NCBI RefSeq assembly: GCF_018350175.1
Contig: NC_058369.1
Location: forward strand, 5,830,001-5,894,000
DNA length: 64,000 nucleotides
Reading direction: 5' to 3'
Origin: Felis catus
Taxonomy: Eukaryota
Position 1 is the stretch's first letter. Each line of letters starts with the position of its first letter. Shown one piece after another: positions 11,337 through 22,999 of the stretch. A program made the translations under genes and the position numbers. The notes below the pieces were generated by a model, which saw only the letters and a program-made list of their open reading frames with translations, was not told the DNA's origin and searched no databases.

Positions 11337-12758
11337 GTTATTTTGGGTTAAGCCGGCCTCTTTGGCGTGTTCTCAAAGTACCGAGACGCTGCCCTCCGCG
11401 GGGCCGGGCTGGGCTCACAGGTCAGGGAGCGGGAGCCCCCAGAGCTTTGGAAGGATGGGCTTCAACCCGGGGCTCTGAGGGGAAAGCGTGCAGCCGAGAC
11501 GCAGGTGAAGGCCGCCTTCCAGCTGGGGGTGGGGGACACGGCACCCAGGCTGCGAGCGGGTTCTGCGAACCTCAGACCTGCGAGTGGCACAAAGCCAGGC
11601 TACCGGTGGCAACCACCGAGGGCCCGGGTGGCTTCACCGGGGCCGATTCCAGCAGCTCACGCTCCCTGACCACGTACCGCGTACCCGGCACTGTTCTAAG
11701 GACCGTTACTGACCCGCTTGGTTGTCCTTGCAACTCCGTGGAATAGAAGCTGTTGTGTTCGGCCCCGTTTTACAGATTGGAAAACGGGCTTATGGATGGC
11801 AGGCCGCTTGGCCAAGGTCACTCCAGGTTGCAGGTAGCAGGTCACCCTGCCCCGCTCGCATCCTGCCTGGTCCCAGGGTGAGCCGCACCTATACCTAATC
11901 TGATGGCCTCACTGGATGCCAGGGGGCCGTCGATACGCGGTCGGTGTGTGTGTGTGTGTGATGTGTGTGTGCAGACGGTAGTGCGTCGGTTGTTTATTGT
12001 CGTCTCTGCACCCGGCGCGGGGCTGGAACTCCCAACCCCGGAGGTCAGGAGTCCCACGCTCTGACTGCGCCAGCCAGGCACCCGGTGGTAGTGCATTCGG
12101 TCCCCACTAGCTTGTACGAGGCCGGCAGTGATATCACCCATTTTACAGCAGGAGGAACCAAGGCTTAGAGGGTTTGTAGAAACTGGCCTGAGTCGTCTGC
12201 ATAGCCTAGCGGGGCCTCGGTGTGACCCCTGGCCCCAAACCACCTCTTGTCCTCTAGAGATGAAGCGCTGGGTTTTCATCTGGAATGTTCTCTCTCGTGG
12301 TGGAAACCGAGGCTGCCCGAGGATGGGACAGCTGGATGGCTCGAGTCTAGTGCCTGGCTCCGGAGCTCTATTCTTGGCTGGGTTCCGGGCCACTTGACTT
12401 ATCGAGAGTGTTTCTGGACCCCTGTCAGAGCTTGCAGAGGGCTCCTCTGTGCATTAGCCAGGCTCGCTACAGCCCAAGGGTGTGGGCGGAACAAACGCAG
12501 CGACCCCCATTTTACAGGCGAGGAAAGAGATGCCAAGAGAGTGCGCGGTTTGCTCAAGGTCACCAGCTGGACTCACACCCTCGCCTGCAGCCAGCATGCC
12601 CCCCCCACCCCCGGAGCCGTCAGCTTGAGGGCTCAGCACAGATCCTGGGGTGGCATTCACGTGGGATTCAACACAGGCTGGGATAGCAACTCACACCCCA
12701 TAAGGAAATGTGACAGAGACAGGAATGACATCCCACCCCAGGGGTGTTTTAAATAACG

Positions 12759-12764
12759 TTTATT
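12759..12764 (-). terminator. CCL25: CCL25 polyadenylation signal AATAAA
   Basis: TTTATT on +; minus-strand context ctatgcttttctatgatttttaaataaac resembles the recalled human CCL25 3' end. Confidence 0.8.
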
Positions 12765-13163
12765 TAAAAATCATAGAAAAGCATAGTCTGGGAGGAGCGT
12801 CCCGGGACGGTCGGGAGCTTTGCAAGGACCCAAAGGGACACAGGCAGGCGTGGCCCAGGGTGGGTGGCAAGAGGCTGCGGTGGGTGACAAATCCAGATGA
12901 TCCACTACAAGACCCGCTGCTTACGGCTGACTCTGGTTCCTGGAGCAGGCAAGGGGCCTGAAGCAAGGTCAGCTCTTTCCTCCCAGCTGCCTGAGGAGCA
13001 GGATGTGGCAGGAGCGATGGGACAGAGCCAAGAGCAGGCTCAGGCCCGGGCACTGAGGTCTGGCCTGAATGACAGGCTGGGGCACCTGGAGCCTCAGGGG
13101 ACAGTTGTGGCGGGGAGAGGTCCGGCCCACCTTCGTGCTGGCTAATCCTGGAGGTGTTCGGGC

Positions 13164-13171
13164 TCACGGAT
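13164..13171 (-). CDS. CCL25: CCL25 last exon, coding part (G|AT CCG TGA = D-P-stop); 3'UTR continues to about 12740
   Basis: C-rich tract plus cgcag acceptor (13172-13173); 8 coding nt then GCC, paralleling the recalled human G|GA CTG TGA GCC. Confidence 0.8.
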
Positions 13172-13422
13172 CTGCGAGGGGGGGGGGGATTGGAGAGGTC
13201 AGCAGGTGATGGGGACTGGAGTAAGAGCTGGGGACCATGCCCACCTGACACTTCGTCTCAGCACTTGCCGAACCCCCCCGCAGCCGGGTTAGGGTAATGA
13301 ACAGCCACCCGAGTGTCAACCGGCAGGACTGACCACAGAGTCAGCCCCCTCGGTCCCGGAGTTGAGTCCCCTCCCCCAGCCTGTGCTGCTCTAGAGAGCC
13401 CTCATCCCTCAACAGTGGTGAC

Positions 13423-13450
13423 GGGGGGGGGGGGGGGGGGGGGGGGGGGG
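13423..13450. repeat. G28 homopolymer in CCL25 last intron
   Basis: Direct count. Confidence 0.9.
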
Positions 13451-13484
13451 CGCGGAGGGATGGTCACATGATCAGAGTCCTCAC

Positions 13485-13672
13485 CTGGATGAGCCGTCGT
13501 CCGGAGGGCAGTTTTCGTCTTGTTGCTTCTGGGGGGCCAGCTAACCCCGGACGGGGTTCTCAGGCGGCTTCTGTGATGCTTTGCCTTCCGCGCATCCAGG
13601 AATTCTGTCCAGTACTTCACCCTCTTGTCCCGGGGGTTGCCGCACACCATCCTGTGTTTCCGCAAGAAGAAT
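13485..13672 (-). CDS. CCL25: CCL25 coding exon (I-FFLRKHRMVCGNPRDKRV...RTTAHP); apparent fusion of two ancestral exons
   Basis: ccag acceptor 13673-13674; fourth chemokine Cys in VCGNP; CCAG|GTGAGG donor at 13484 in phase 1; 188 nt open frame. Confidence 0.82.
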
Positions 13673-13775
13673 CTGGCGGGGGAGAGGGTGCCCAGGTTGG
13701 GGTGTGAGCCGGGGGCAAAGTCGCGTCTGGGCCCCGCCCCCCGCCCCGCCTCCCAGGCCCCACAGCCCCACTCAC

Positions 13776-13893
13776 ATCACAGCCGGCAGGTTGCAGCTGC
13801 CGCTCACCTCCTGGCGCTGGTACCCCAGGGCGCGCTTCAGAAAGTCCAGGCTCTCGAGCCGGTGGTAGGCTAGGCAACAGTCCTCCGAGACAC
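13776..13893 (-). CDS. CCL25: CCL25 exon with CC motif (GVSEDCCLAYH...QEVSGSCNLPAV)
   Basis: AG 13894-13895, GTGAGT donor at 13775; 118 nt; EDCCLAYH and QEVSGSCNLPA are characteristic of CCL25/TECK. Confidence 0.95.
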
Positions 13894-15817
13894 CTGCGGC
13901 CGCGACCCGCGGGCTCACATCTCTGTGCGCACGCGCGTGGGCAGCGACGCACACGCGCCCGCACACACACCTGCCGCAACCCTCCCGAGGCCCGCGGAGG
14001 CCAAGAGACAGCCCAGATGATAAGGAAGGCACCCGGCTCACCTTTGGTCCCCTGATAAGGGGACCGCTGGCACGAGTTGGAGGGGGTCCACGGTCCCGGG
14101 CTGGGAGGGGCCCAGGACCACAAAACGAATGAGGGATCAGAGTGAATGAGGACTTCCACGAGGGCTCTGGGGCAGAGGAGCGCAGACGCCCCGAGGAGGG
14201 GCCAGGGGACACGGCTCCCAGCCCAGGCCCTTCGAAAATGAATGGGCTGGCCGGCTGCTCCTGATGTCCCCGCTCCTGCTCCGGGCTGGCCGTTCCCCAC
14301 CTAGGGCTATCTCCAGGGCCTCCTCCTTTCTGTCCCCGTCAGAGTGACTGCTCGGTCACCAGACCAGAAACCAGGAGGTCTCTGTCTACTCGTTGCCTGA
14401 CAAAAGCATTTTGGGTTCCTACTAAGGTGCCAGACGTGTAGACAAACACAGAGGGGAATTGGACCCAGGGCTGTCACGGGGATCCCCCAGCCTGGTGGGG
14501 ACACCCAGAGGTCGATCTGTGCCGGGAGGGGGAAGGGCAGGGACCTGGGGGTGGTGTCTTGGAGGAGGATGCCAGCAGGGCCTGGGAGGGTGGGCGGGTG
14601 GAGGTGATGTGAGAGACAGTGCAGCGGCCTTCAAGGCCCTCCGGGACCCATCTGTCTGCTGACCCCCCCACCTCCAGGAGCCACACCCAAGGTCTGGCAA
14701 AGTGCAGTGGGAAGGATGGGGGAGGAGGGAGGCTTGAGCCTGCCCTGCATCTCCAAACCTTGGCCCCAGAGGGCGAGGGGCAGTGGTATCAGATGGACCC
14801 TGGGTTTTGGTACCAGGCAGGCAGGGGGCCACTCTGCCCCTAGGATCAAAGGGCCCCGGGCTGGGCCTGGCTTCTGGAATGGGCCTCTGATAGCAGGACA
14901 ATGGGAATGAAGCCCAGCCCCATCTTGGGCAAAGGCTAAGGTCTGCTGGAAGCAGAGGACTAGGGCCTCTCAGACCAAGTGAGGGCAGGCGGGGCAGGCA
15001 GGGTGGGGGGTAGGGATGGTGCTATGGGGTTTGGACCAAGCCAGGGACCCTGCTCAGCCAGCTGCTGGGGCTCAGCCTCTTCCCCCGGGGCCCATGGGGA
15101 TGCAGGAAACAGTGGTGGGACTCCTGGGGGACACTGTATGCCCAGAACTGGCCTTTGGTCACCAAATCCTCAGGTGCCCGATGCAGGGAGAAGTGGGAAG
15201 AGACTCCCCGTGAATAACAGTATGGTTGTCATTGTTGTTGCCAGGCACCGGGCCAAGAGTTTTGCAAGTTACCAGCCCATTGGAGTCTCATGTCCTATCT
15301 GTGCAGCAGGAATCCAGAGGCCCCACTTTGCAGACGAGGAAACCGAGGCTCATAAAGACTGAGTAGCAACACAGGTAGCCCAAGACGGGTGGAGCTGGGA
15401 CGGGGGACCCACTCCCGTTGGTCTCCAGGGCTCTGCAGGGTCATGTCACTGCAGCGTGTCCCCGGCAGTAACTGGCCATGCCACCACTGGGAGCCATTCT
15501 CTGCTCCCCACAGTGTCTGGGCTGACTGGAGTCCTGGCAGGGAGGCCTTGGGTCACGGACGGTGGAGGAGGCATCACAGGGGCTCTGGAAGGAGGGACTG
15601 GGGGGCCTGCAGCCGCAGGGAGCCGCAAACACATGCCAGGAGTTTCTGCATGACTGGGGCAGGAGTTGTGCATCAGAATTCAGTGGTGGAGACATAACGG
15701 GTGGGGGTTGGGGAGCTTCTGGAGGAGGGGAGGAGCAAATGGGGGAGGGAGGGCAGGGAGGATGGATGGGGAGAGGAGGGCTCCAGGAGGCTGGGTGGGT
15801 ACGGCCCACGACGTTAC

Positions 15818-15893
15818 CTTGAGCGTGGACAGGACACCAGATGCCCACAAAGCTGGCCGCCACCACCAGGCACAGCGGGAGCCACAAGTTCAT
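15818..15893 (-). CDS. CCL25: CCL25 first coding exon, signal peptide MNLWLPLCLVVAASFVGIWCPVHAQ (exon 5' boundary 15924)
   Basis: ATG at 15893-15891, hydrophobic signal, CAAG|GTAACG donor at 15817, ttcttgcag acceptor at 15925-15926. Confidence 0.93.
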
Positions 15894-16116
15894 TGTGCAC
15901 CGGCTGGTCCTGCTCCCCAGGTGTCTGCAAGAATAATGGGAGAGGTGGGGGTGATGAGGACCCCAAACGGACGGCAGCAGACCCTGGGAACACTCCCATC
16001 TCAAGCCAGGCCCCAGGGCCCTCTGCAAGGGAGGCAGGCGGCCCAGGGACACGTCGGGCTGGGGGGCCCGGCGGCTGGTCGGGCTGGTCCCAGCCAAGAC
16101 TGGGGGAAGGACTCAC

Positions 16117-16175
16117 CAAAGTCCGAGGGATCCCAGGGGCTGGTGCCTGCTGGGGTGAATCCAAGCTTCTCTGCC
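16117..16175 (-). other. CCL25: CCL25 non-coding exon 1 (5' end approximate)
   Basis: TTG|GTGAGT donor at 16116; lies about 25-30 nt downstream of a TATA box. Confidence 0.7.
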
Positions 16176-16197
16176 TGCCAGGCCTGCTGGCTGGGCA

Positions 16198-16220
16198 TTT
16201 TATAGATGGGGCCCCACCCT
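16198..16220 (-). promoter_or_regulatory. CCL25: CCL25 core promoter: TATAAAA (16204-16198) with adjacent CACCC/KLF-type box
   Basis: TTTTATA on + at 16198-16204; CCCCACCC at 16212-16219. Confidence 0.7.
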
Positions 16221-17289
16221 GAGGCCACCTGCCCTCCGCCACCCTCCCTCCTTCCATCTCCTCCCCTGCTGGGCCTCCAGGCTCTTCCCCGGTTTATCTT
16301 TCTAGCTGCTTTCTCCAAAGTCAAGATACACCTGCAGGGCATTGTAGGCACCTGGGGACAAGAGGACCTACATCGGAGGGCTGGCAGGAAACACTGACTT
16401 TCTCAACTACTTGGATGTAAGACAGACAAGGGTTGGCTCCCTTGGTGGTGGGAGGCAGAACCACACAGATGGACAGACCCAGCCTGCCCAGGCCACTTGA
16501 AGGCTGGCTGCCCTAGGACCACCCCCCATCTTTCACTTCCTCCCCCATCCAGTCCTCCCCTGCTTTCTCCCCGAAGGGCCCTTTGTCCTCCCAGCATTCC
16601 GTCTCCCACCACACACCGGGGCAGACACAGCCTTCCTGCACAGGGGCCTCAGGCTGCCTTGCTCCCCGCTCCCAAGCCACCTGTCCGGTGGGGCCCTGAC
16701 TTCACCCCACTTTTCCCTCCTTCCCCACAATGGGGGGGCCTTACAGTTTCATAGAAATGCCCTGGTTTTGCCAACAGGCAAATCCATTGAAACAGAAAGT
16801 AAAATCAGTAGTTGCCATGGGCTGGAAGGGAGAATGGGGGGCGGGGAATGTGCAACTTGGCGAATATTTTGAACGCAGGGAACCTTGCACTTTTTTGTTG
16901 TTTTTAAGATTTTATTTTTAAGCAATCTCTGCGCCCAGCGTAGGGCTTGAATCCGCAACCCGGTGATCGAGTCGCGCGCTCCACTGACTGAGCCAGCCAA
17001 GCGTCCCCGGAACCTTACACTTCCGATGGGGTGCAGTGTAAGGTATGTGAATTTTCTCGACTGTTACCTTGAGAAAAATGTTATTAACATCCACCACAAC
17101 AAAGAAATGCTCTGGTTTTGGAAGAAATGCCTGGAGCCCTAGGTAGCCGCGCGCCGGCGGGAAGCAAAGCAAAACCCACACCTAGAAGGCATATTTTTCT
17201 TTCCCTGGGTCAGCGTGGCTCGCCTGGTCAGGGGCTCCACGGGTGGGAGTGAGCGGTTGCAGGGGCAACGGGGCTTTGCAGAGACCTCA

Positions 17290-18020
17290 CAGCTGATTGG
17301 CTTGAACTGTTAACTTTTTATTGCTCGCATCCTTAGCTATAGAACGCTCCAGGTATTTACCACACCCGTACCCTTCTCATCTCCCCGCCCCACTAGGAGC
17401 CCCTGGAGGGGACCCTTCACAGCCCCCAGGGGAGGAATCCTGTGGATTTGGAGGCGTGGCTTACACTAGGGGCGGGGCTTTTAAGCCCCGCCCCTCCCCG
17501 CTCTGGTAGCTGAGACTCCCCGCGGCCAGGCCCAGCGCCTAGTGGTCCGCGGAGGTGGCTGTGGCAGCCCCCAGGGCCCGCTCGCGACTCCGGTTCCTCG
17601 ACCTCTTGCTCTGGGTGTGGGGCGGGGGGGGGGGGTGCGCAGGCGGGACGAGACGCGGCTCCGCGTGGCTGGGGGCGTGGGGACGCGGCGTGGCGGGCCC
17701 GGCCAGCCTGTCTGCTCAGGCCCACTGCACCTGCCTGTCCCGTCGCCCGAAGCCGCCAAGACGTGGCGTGACCCAGACTCGCCTGAGGTCCCCACAAGCG
17801 AGCCCACTTCCCCTCCCCGCCCCTCGGGGTTTGTCCCACCCGCAGCCTTCACCCCGGGCGGGTGTCCGAGGAACCTGGGCGCAGGGCAGGCAGGGATTTG
17901 CGTGATCTTGGACCCGGTGCAGGTGTCAGGGAGGGGGGCGGCGTGCTCAGACCCCGGTGAAAACCCGGAGTTCTGAAGCCCGCAGCTGCTGAGTGTGAGG
18001 GCCGCATCCTCACGGTCAGG
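17290..18020. promoter_or_regulatory. Orphan CpG-rich island upstream of CCL25 with GC boxes and a CCAAT box
   Basis: Visibly dense CpG 17520-17960; GGGGCGGGG/CCCCGCCCC pair at 17469-17494; ATTGG at 17296-17300. Confidence 0.55.
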
Positions 18021-19740
18021 GCCGAACTGGGAAAGGGGAGGCCTCTTCTGTTCCTACAGCTGCTGGAGGCGCCCCTGTGGCAAGAGCGTAGCTGGGGGGA
18101 CAGAGGCCTCCTCCTGCCTCCTGGCCACCAGCCCTGACGATGGGGGCCGTTCGGGGTGGTCTCCGGCCTGAAGCTGAGCCAAGGTGAGGGACTGACCACA
18201 TCCCAGGGCCTGCAGGCAAAAAGCCTTCCTCAGGCTCAGCTCTTGGAGACCCCCTGGGGAGGCCACCGCTAGGGAGTGCACTCAGAGGGTCCCCTGCAGA
18301 AGGGGTGGGGGGTCTGGGCTCTGTGAGGGGAGATGCCAACCGCTCCCTTGGGGTCAGTTCCTCCGGGGGCCGGCTCGCTATCATTTCTGTGCTGGAGAAG
18401 CCCTCCCTGGTGTTCAACTCTGGCCCTCTCGACACAGGGTCAGGGAGGCTCTAAGAGTCATCGCAAGGGCACAGGGGCACTGGGGAGGTGCCACCAACTG
18501 AAGCGGGGGCCCTCCTGCAGTTGCTGTTGCACATCAGGTCCCTCCTCTCCCTGTGTTGCCCACCGCTCTCCTGGCCCCTGCTCAGGCGGCCCCTGGAAGC
18601 ACCAGCTGGGGGCCCTCCCTCGCGCACCTCGTGTTGACGCACGTATGAGGCACGTACTGGCCCCTGTCTGCGGGGCCTGGGCCCCCGTTGTGCCTAGCTG
18701 CCTCTTGCTCTGGCCCAGACGCACAGTGGTTACCATGTGACTGGAGGAAGGGAGGAAAAGGGGTTTTTCCAACATGCCTTTCGGGGACTTCATCTATGGT
18801 CTCTGTGACCCCTGTCACTGTGTTCCTGACGTGGTTGGCCCTGTCGCCTCCTGGAAGGCTGGCTTGGAGGGGCTTGCCTCCCCAGGCTGACCAGGGGTCT
18901 CTGTGTTCCCTAGGGTCGCCGCGGCGACCATCTGGGCAGGGACCAGGCCCACCACACATTCTTGGGCCATTGGCACTGGTTGTATGGAGCCTTGGCCTCT
19001 GTCCTGGTGCTTCCCCGGCTCTTAACTGGACATGTGGGGGACAGGCCAGCTGGAATGCCCCAGCTAGGAAGGTGGCCTATTGCCGGTCCTGCCAGGCTGG
19101 GCTGGGGCAGGGTGTCAGCGAGGAGGAAGGGCGGTGGGCTCTGAGGGGAGGGTCCCACAGGGCCCTCTTGGGAGTCCCTCTTCGAAGCGGCTGAAGTCCA
19201 TTCACCCCTCCCACGCAGGTTTTCTGGGTGCCCCTTACAAACCAGCCATTTGCTGGGGCCCCCGGGTGATGGCAGTGAGTAAGCAGATGTGTCCCAGCCA
19301 TGAAAGATGCCAGTGATGTCACTGGTCCTCACTGAACATCTGTCGGGGGCCATTTGTCATCATGCTCATTCAGCAAGCACTTAGTAAGTACCTACTGTAT
19401 GCCAGGCCCTGGGCCGGGTGCCAGGGAAAAATAGTGAAGGAGGCAGATGGTCTCAGGGTAGAGCAGAAAACACAAGCAGCAAATAGTGAAGCAGGATACT
19501 ACCTTGAGATTAGGAAGGATGACACTGGGGATGGGCTGGGCTTGTTCAAAGAGAGTGGCCCGAGATGACAACAGCCCTATAGGATCAATAGTTATCCCCA
19601 TTTTCTAGGAAAAACACAACCAACTGAGGCCCAGAGAGGTTAAGTGGTCTGCCCAAATCAGCAGGGCCGGATTCCACGCTCAGGTCTCACCCCTTCATTC
19701 CACATGAGCTGTTAGGGTGCTGTATTAAAAACCTTTTTTA

Positions 19741-19950
19741 GGGGCGCCTGGGTGGCTCAGTCGGTTAAGCGTCCGACTTTGGCTCGGGTCATGATCTCAC
19801 AGTTTGTGAGTTCGAGCTCCACGTCGGGCTCTGTGCTGACAGCTCAGAGCCTGGAGCCTGTTTCAGATTCTGTGTCTCCCTCTCTCTCTGCCCCTCTCCT
19901 GCTCATGCTCTGTCTCTCTCTGTCTCAAGAATAAATGTTAAAAAAAATTT
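19741..19950 (+). mobile_element. CAN-SINE
   Basis: Canonical head, body and tail. Confidence 0.9.
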
Positions 19951-20547
19951 TTTTTAAACTTTAGTACTGTATTTTCTTTAACCATATCTATAAAAATATT
20001 ATCATTCCCACAGGCAATCAAATAAGGATGATTTGTGAGACATTCCCTCTTTTTTCTTTTTTTTTTTGGTGTAGTAGATCTTGATTGCACACTTGTAGCA
20101 CGTTTCAGATGCCAAATAGCCACATGTGGTGGCTAGCGGCTAACCTTGGGGAGCAGTGCGGTTCTAGCCACAGATAACCGTCAGGCCATAATTTTGTCCT
20201 GATTCTTTCTTATGTTTATTAAGACTTTTTTTTCTGGGCAGTTCAATTTTCCCAGCAAAACTGGGGGGAAGGTACAGAGATCTCCCATATACCCTTTGCC
20301 CCAAATGGATATTTGCCCCAAATGGATATTCCCTGGTTATCAACATCCCGCACCAAAGGGTGCATTTGTTACAATCGACGGGCCTGTGCTGACAGCATTG
20401 TCATCCAAAGTCCATAGTTTATGTTCGGGTCCACGCCTGGTGTTGGACATTTTATGGGTTTGAGCAAATGCTTGATGACTTGTACCCACCATTATGGCCT
20501 CATACAGAGTACCTCACTGCCCTGAAAATCCTCTGTGCTCCAAGCAT

Positions 20548-21212
20548 GTCTTGTGTATCAGGACGTCTTGACAGCTGGCGCCTACCTGATCACGGAAGGA
20601 CTGAGTGCCCCTCCTGGGGCTGGCAGATCCTAGAGAGAGCAAATGACTCGTGAGTGCACCTTCCGCAGGCGAAGCGGCCAGTCCGGAGCCCGCACCCAGA
20701 CCCTCTCCTTTATGGGGCTCTAGATAGATAGAAAGATAGATATTTTTTTTTAATTTTTTTTCAACGTTTATTTATTTCTGGGACAGAGAGAGACAGAGCA
20801 TGAACGGGGGAGGGGCAGAGAGAGAGGGAGACACAGAATCGGAAACAGGACACTCAGGGCCACTGTCCCCGGCCCTGATCACCCCAGAGCCAGGTGTCAG
20901 ACCACTAAGAGACAAGCCCTGTACCCCGGAGCCTGCGGAAATTATGCAAAGTAGCCAGTCCTGAGCCGCACGGGCCGCCTCACCCATTCCCTCCCGTGGA
21001 CACCAGACTACAGGCTCTCACCCACGTTTTCCCCTCACTCCCTCGGCCTCCTGGCCAAGCACCACACGGTGCTTCCCCCTGTGGCCCTGTGAGGATGGCG
21101 TGCCCCCTCCTCTTGACATCTGTGAGTAGCAAAGTATCTTTTTCATGACAATCGTCTCCTGGTCTAGTGGCCTCACCACCCCTGAATAGGCATAAAACCT
21201 ACATTTTAAAGC
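20548..21212 (+). mobile_element. ERVL-type solo LTR (MER74/MER73-like), interrupted at 20721-20849
   Basis: Ends ...ggcctcaccacccctgaatag...aaaacctacattttaaagca; related copy on - strand at about 31838-32545. Confidence 0.6.
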
Positions 21213-22295
21213 AAATGCCAAGTGATGTGCAGAGAGCTGGAGACAGAGGGCAGATAATAGATGTACCGTGCCCTTGTGACGCTCACCGCCGGGGGGACTT
21301 TCACAGGATGCACGGTCTGCATTCTAGAGGAACGTCCACACACAGGCTGTGGGGATGCACAGGGCACCCCACCAGGGCTCCAGAGAGAATGGAGACCTGA
21401 AGGGCAAGCAGGTGTTAGAGGTCAGACAGAGCAGGACGCCAGAGGGACCTGCCAAGTGTAGGCTGGCTGGGGCGGGAGGAGACAGTCTATTCGTGGCCTT
21501 GTGTACCGAGCCAAGAAGGGTGACCTTCCTCGAAAAGGCACTGGGGAGCTGCTGAGGGATTTAGCCAGGGAGGACTGCGGTCAGCCCTGTATCTGAGCTT
21601 TGCCGAGGTCATGTGGAAGACGCAGAGTGGCGACGTGGGTCCGGGAAAGAGTAGCCTCAAGACTAACACCTTGTCGAGGCGTCTGGGTGGCTCGGTTGAG
21701 CGTCCGACTTCAGCTCGGGTCCGGTCATGATCTCGCGTTCGTGGGTTCGAGCCCCGCCATCGGGTTCTGTGCTGACAGCTCAGAGCCTGGAGCCTGCTTC
21801 GGATTCTGTGTCTCCCTCTCTCTGCCGCTCTGTCTCCCTCTTTTTAAAAAATAAATAAACATTTTAAAAAATTAAAAAAAAAAATTAACGCTTGTCTTCC
21901 CATGAGGGCTGGAGGAAGACCCTTTCCATGCTCTAAACAGCAAGAAATACAGGAAATGTTTACCAAGATCTACTGGGTGCCAAGTTGAGTAGTTACAACA
22001 CCTGACAAGACAGACTTAGTCCCTACTGCCGTGGAGATGTTTTAGTTTTATTTTTCTAACAATGACTTTACAGTGGCATCTGATGAATGCTGAGATGACA
22101 CAATACAGGGACCCGGAAAAGAGAAAAAAAAACAAATAACTAAAATCAGAAATGAAAATGGGGGAGGGGTGCCTGGCTGGCTCGGTTGGTAGAGCACGTG
22201 ACTCTTGATCTTGGGGTTGCGAGTTCAAGTCCCGTGTGGAACGTAAAGATTCGGTAAAAATAAATAAATTATAGATAGATAGAAAGATAGATATT

Positions 22296-22517
22296 TTTTT
22301 TTTAATTTTTTTTTCAACGTTTATTTATTTCTGGGACAGAGAGAGACAGAGCATGAACGGGGGAGGGGCAGAGAGAGAGGGAGACACAGAATCGGAAACA
22401 GGCTCCAGGCTCTGAGCCATCAGCCCAGAGCCTGACGCGGGGCTCGAACTCACGGACCGCGAGATCATGACCTGACTGAAGTCGGAGGCTCAACCGACTG
22501 CGCCACCCAGGCGCCCC
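22296..22517 (-). mobile_element. Young CAN-SINE with target-site duplication, inserted in the tail of an older short SINE (about 22167-22280)
   Basis: TSD agaaagatagatatt at 22281-22295 and 22518-22532. Confidence 0.92.
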
Positions 22518-22999
22518 AGAAAGATAGATATTAAAAAAAGAAAATGGGGGACACAACTACTAGCCTTACAGAAGTTTTTTGAAAGAATTAGAAGAGAACA
22601 TTATGAACAATCACACACCAACTGATTAGACGATACAAATGAAATGAGCCAATTGCTAGAAACAAACTACCCAATCTGACTCAAGAATAGAAAATCTGGA
22701 AAGGGCTAGCAAAGAGATCGAATCAGCCATCAAAAACCTCCCCACAAAGAAAAAATCCCCCCAAACCCCTGATTGAACCACACAGCCCTACTTATTTTCA
22801 TCTGTTTTCTCTTGGTGGGTGAGGGGTTCTGCACAGCATTTGACCCAGCAACCCCCAGACTCACCATCGGGTGAGGTGGAGACATCAGGACTCGGGGCCG
22901 AGTGAGGGGCAGCGCCAGGCTGGGTCTGCTGGGAGGGAGGACAGCAGCCAGAGGGAGCTGTGGGTCCTGACGGAGTCCTGCCTGGGTGGCAGGAGGAAA

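Noticed and set aside
10786..11478. 230-aa ORF after the FBN3 stop
   Set aside because: Non-ATG start, lies in the GC-rich 3'UTR, no recognisable domain.
13540..13546. Alternative CCL25 donor GGG|GTTAGC near the position of the human exon end
   Set aside because: Phase 0 and weak; it would not join the D-P-stop exon in frame, and the downstream codons align with the ancestral next exon.
20295..20328. 17-bp tandem duplication tttgccccaaatggata
   Set aside because: Ordinary slippage duplication inside an old L1 fragment.
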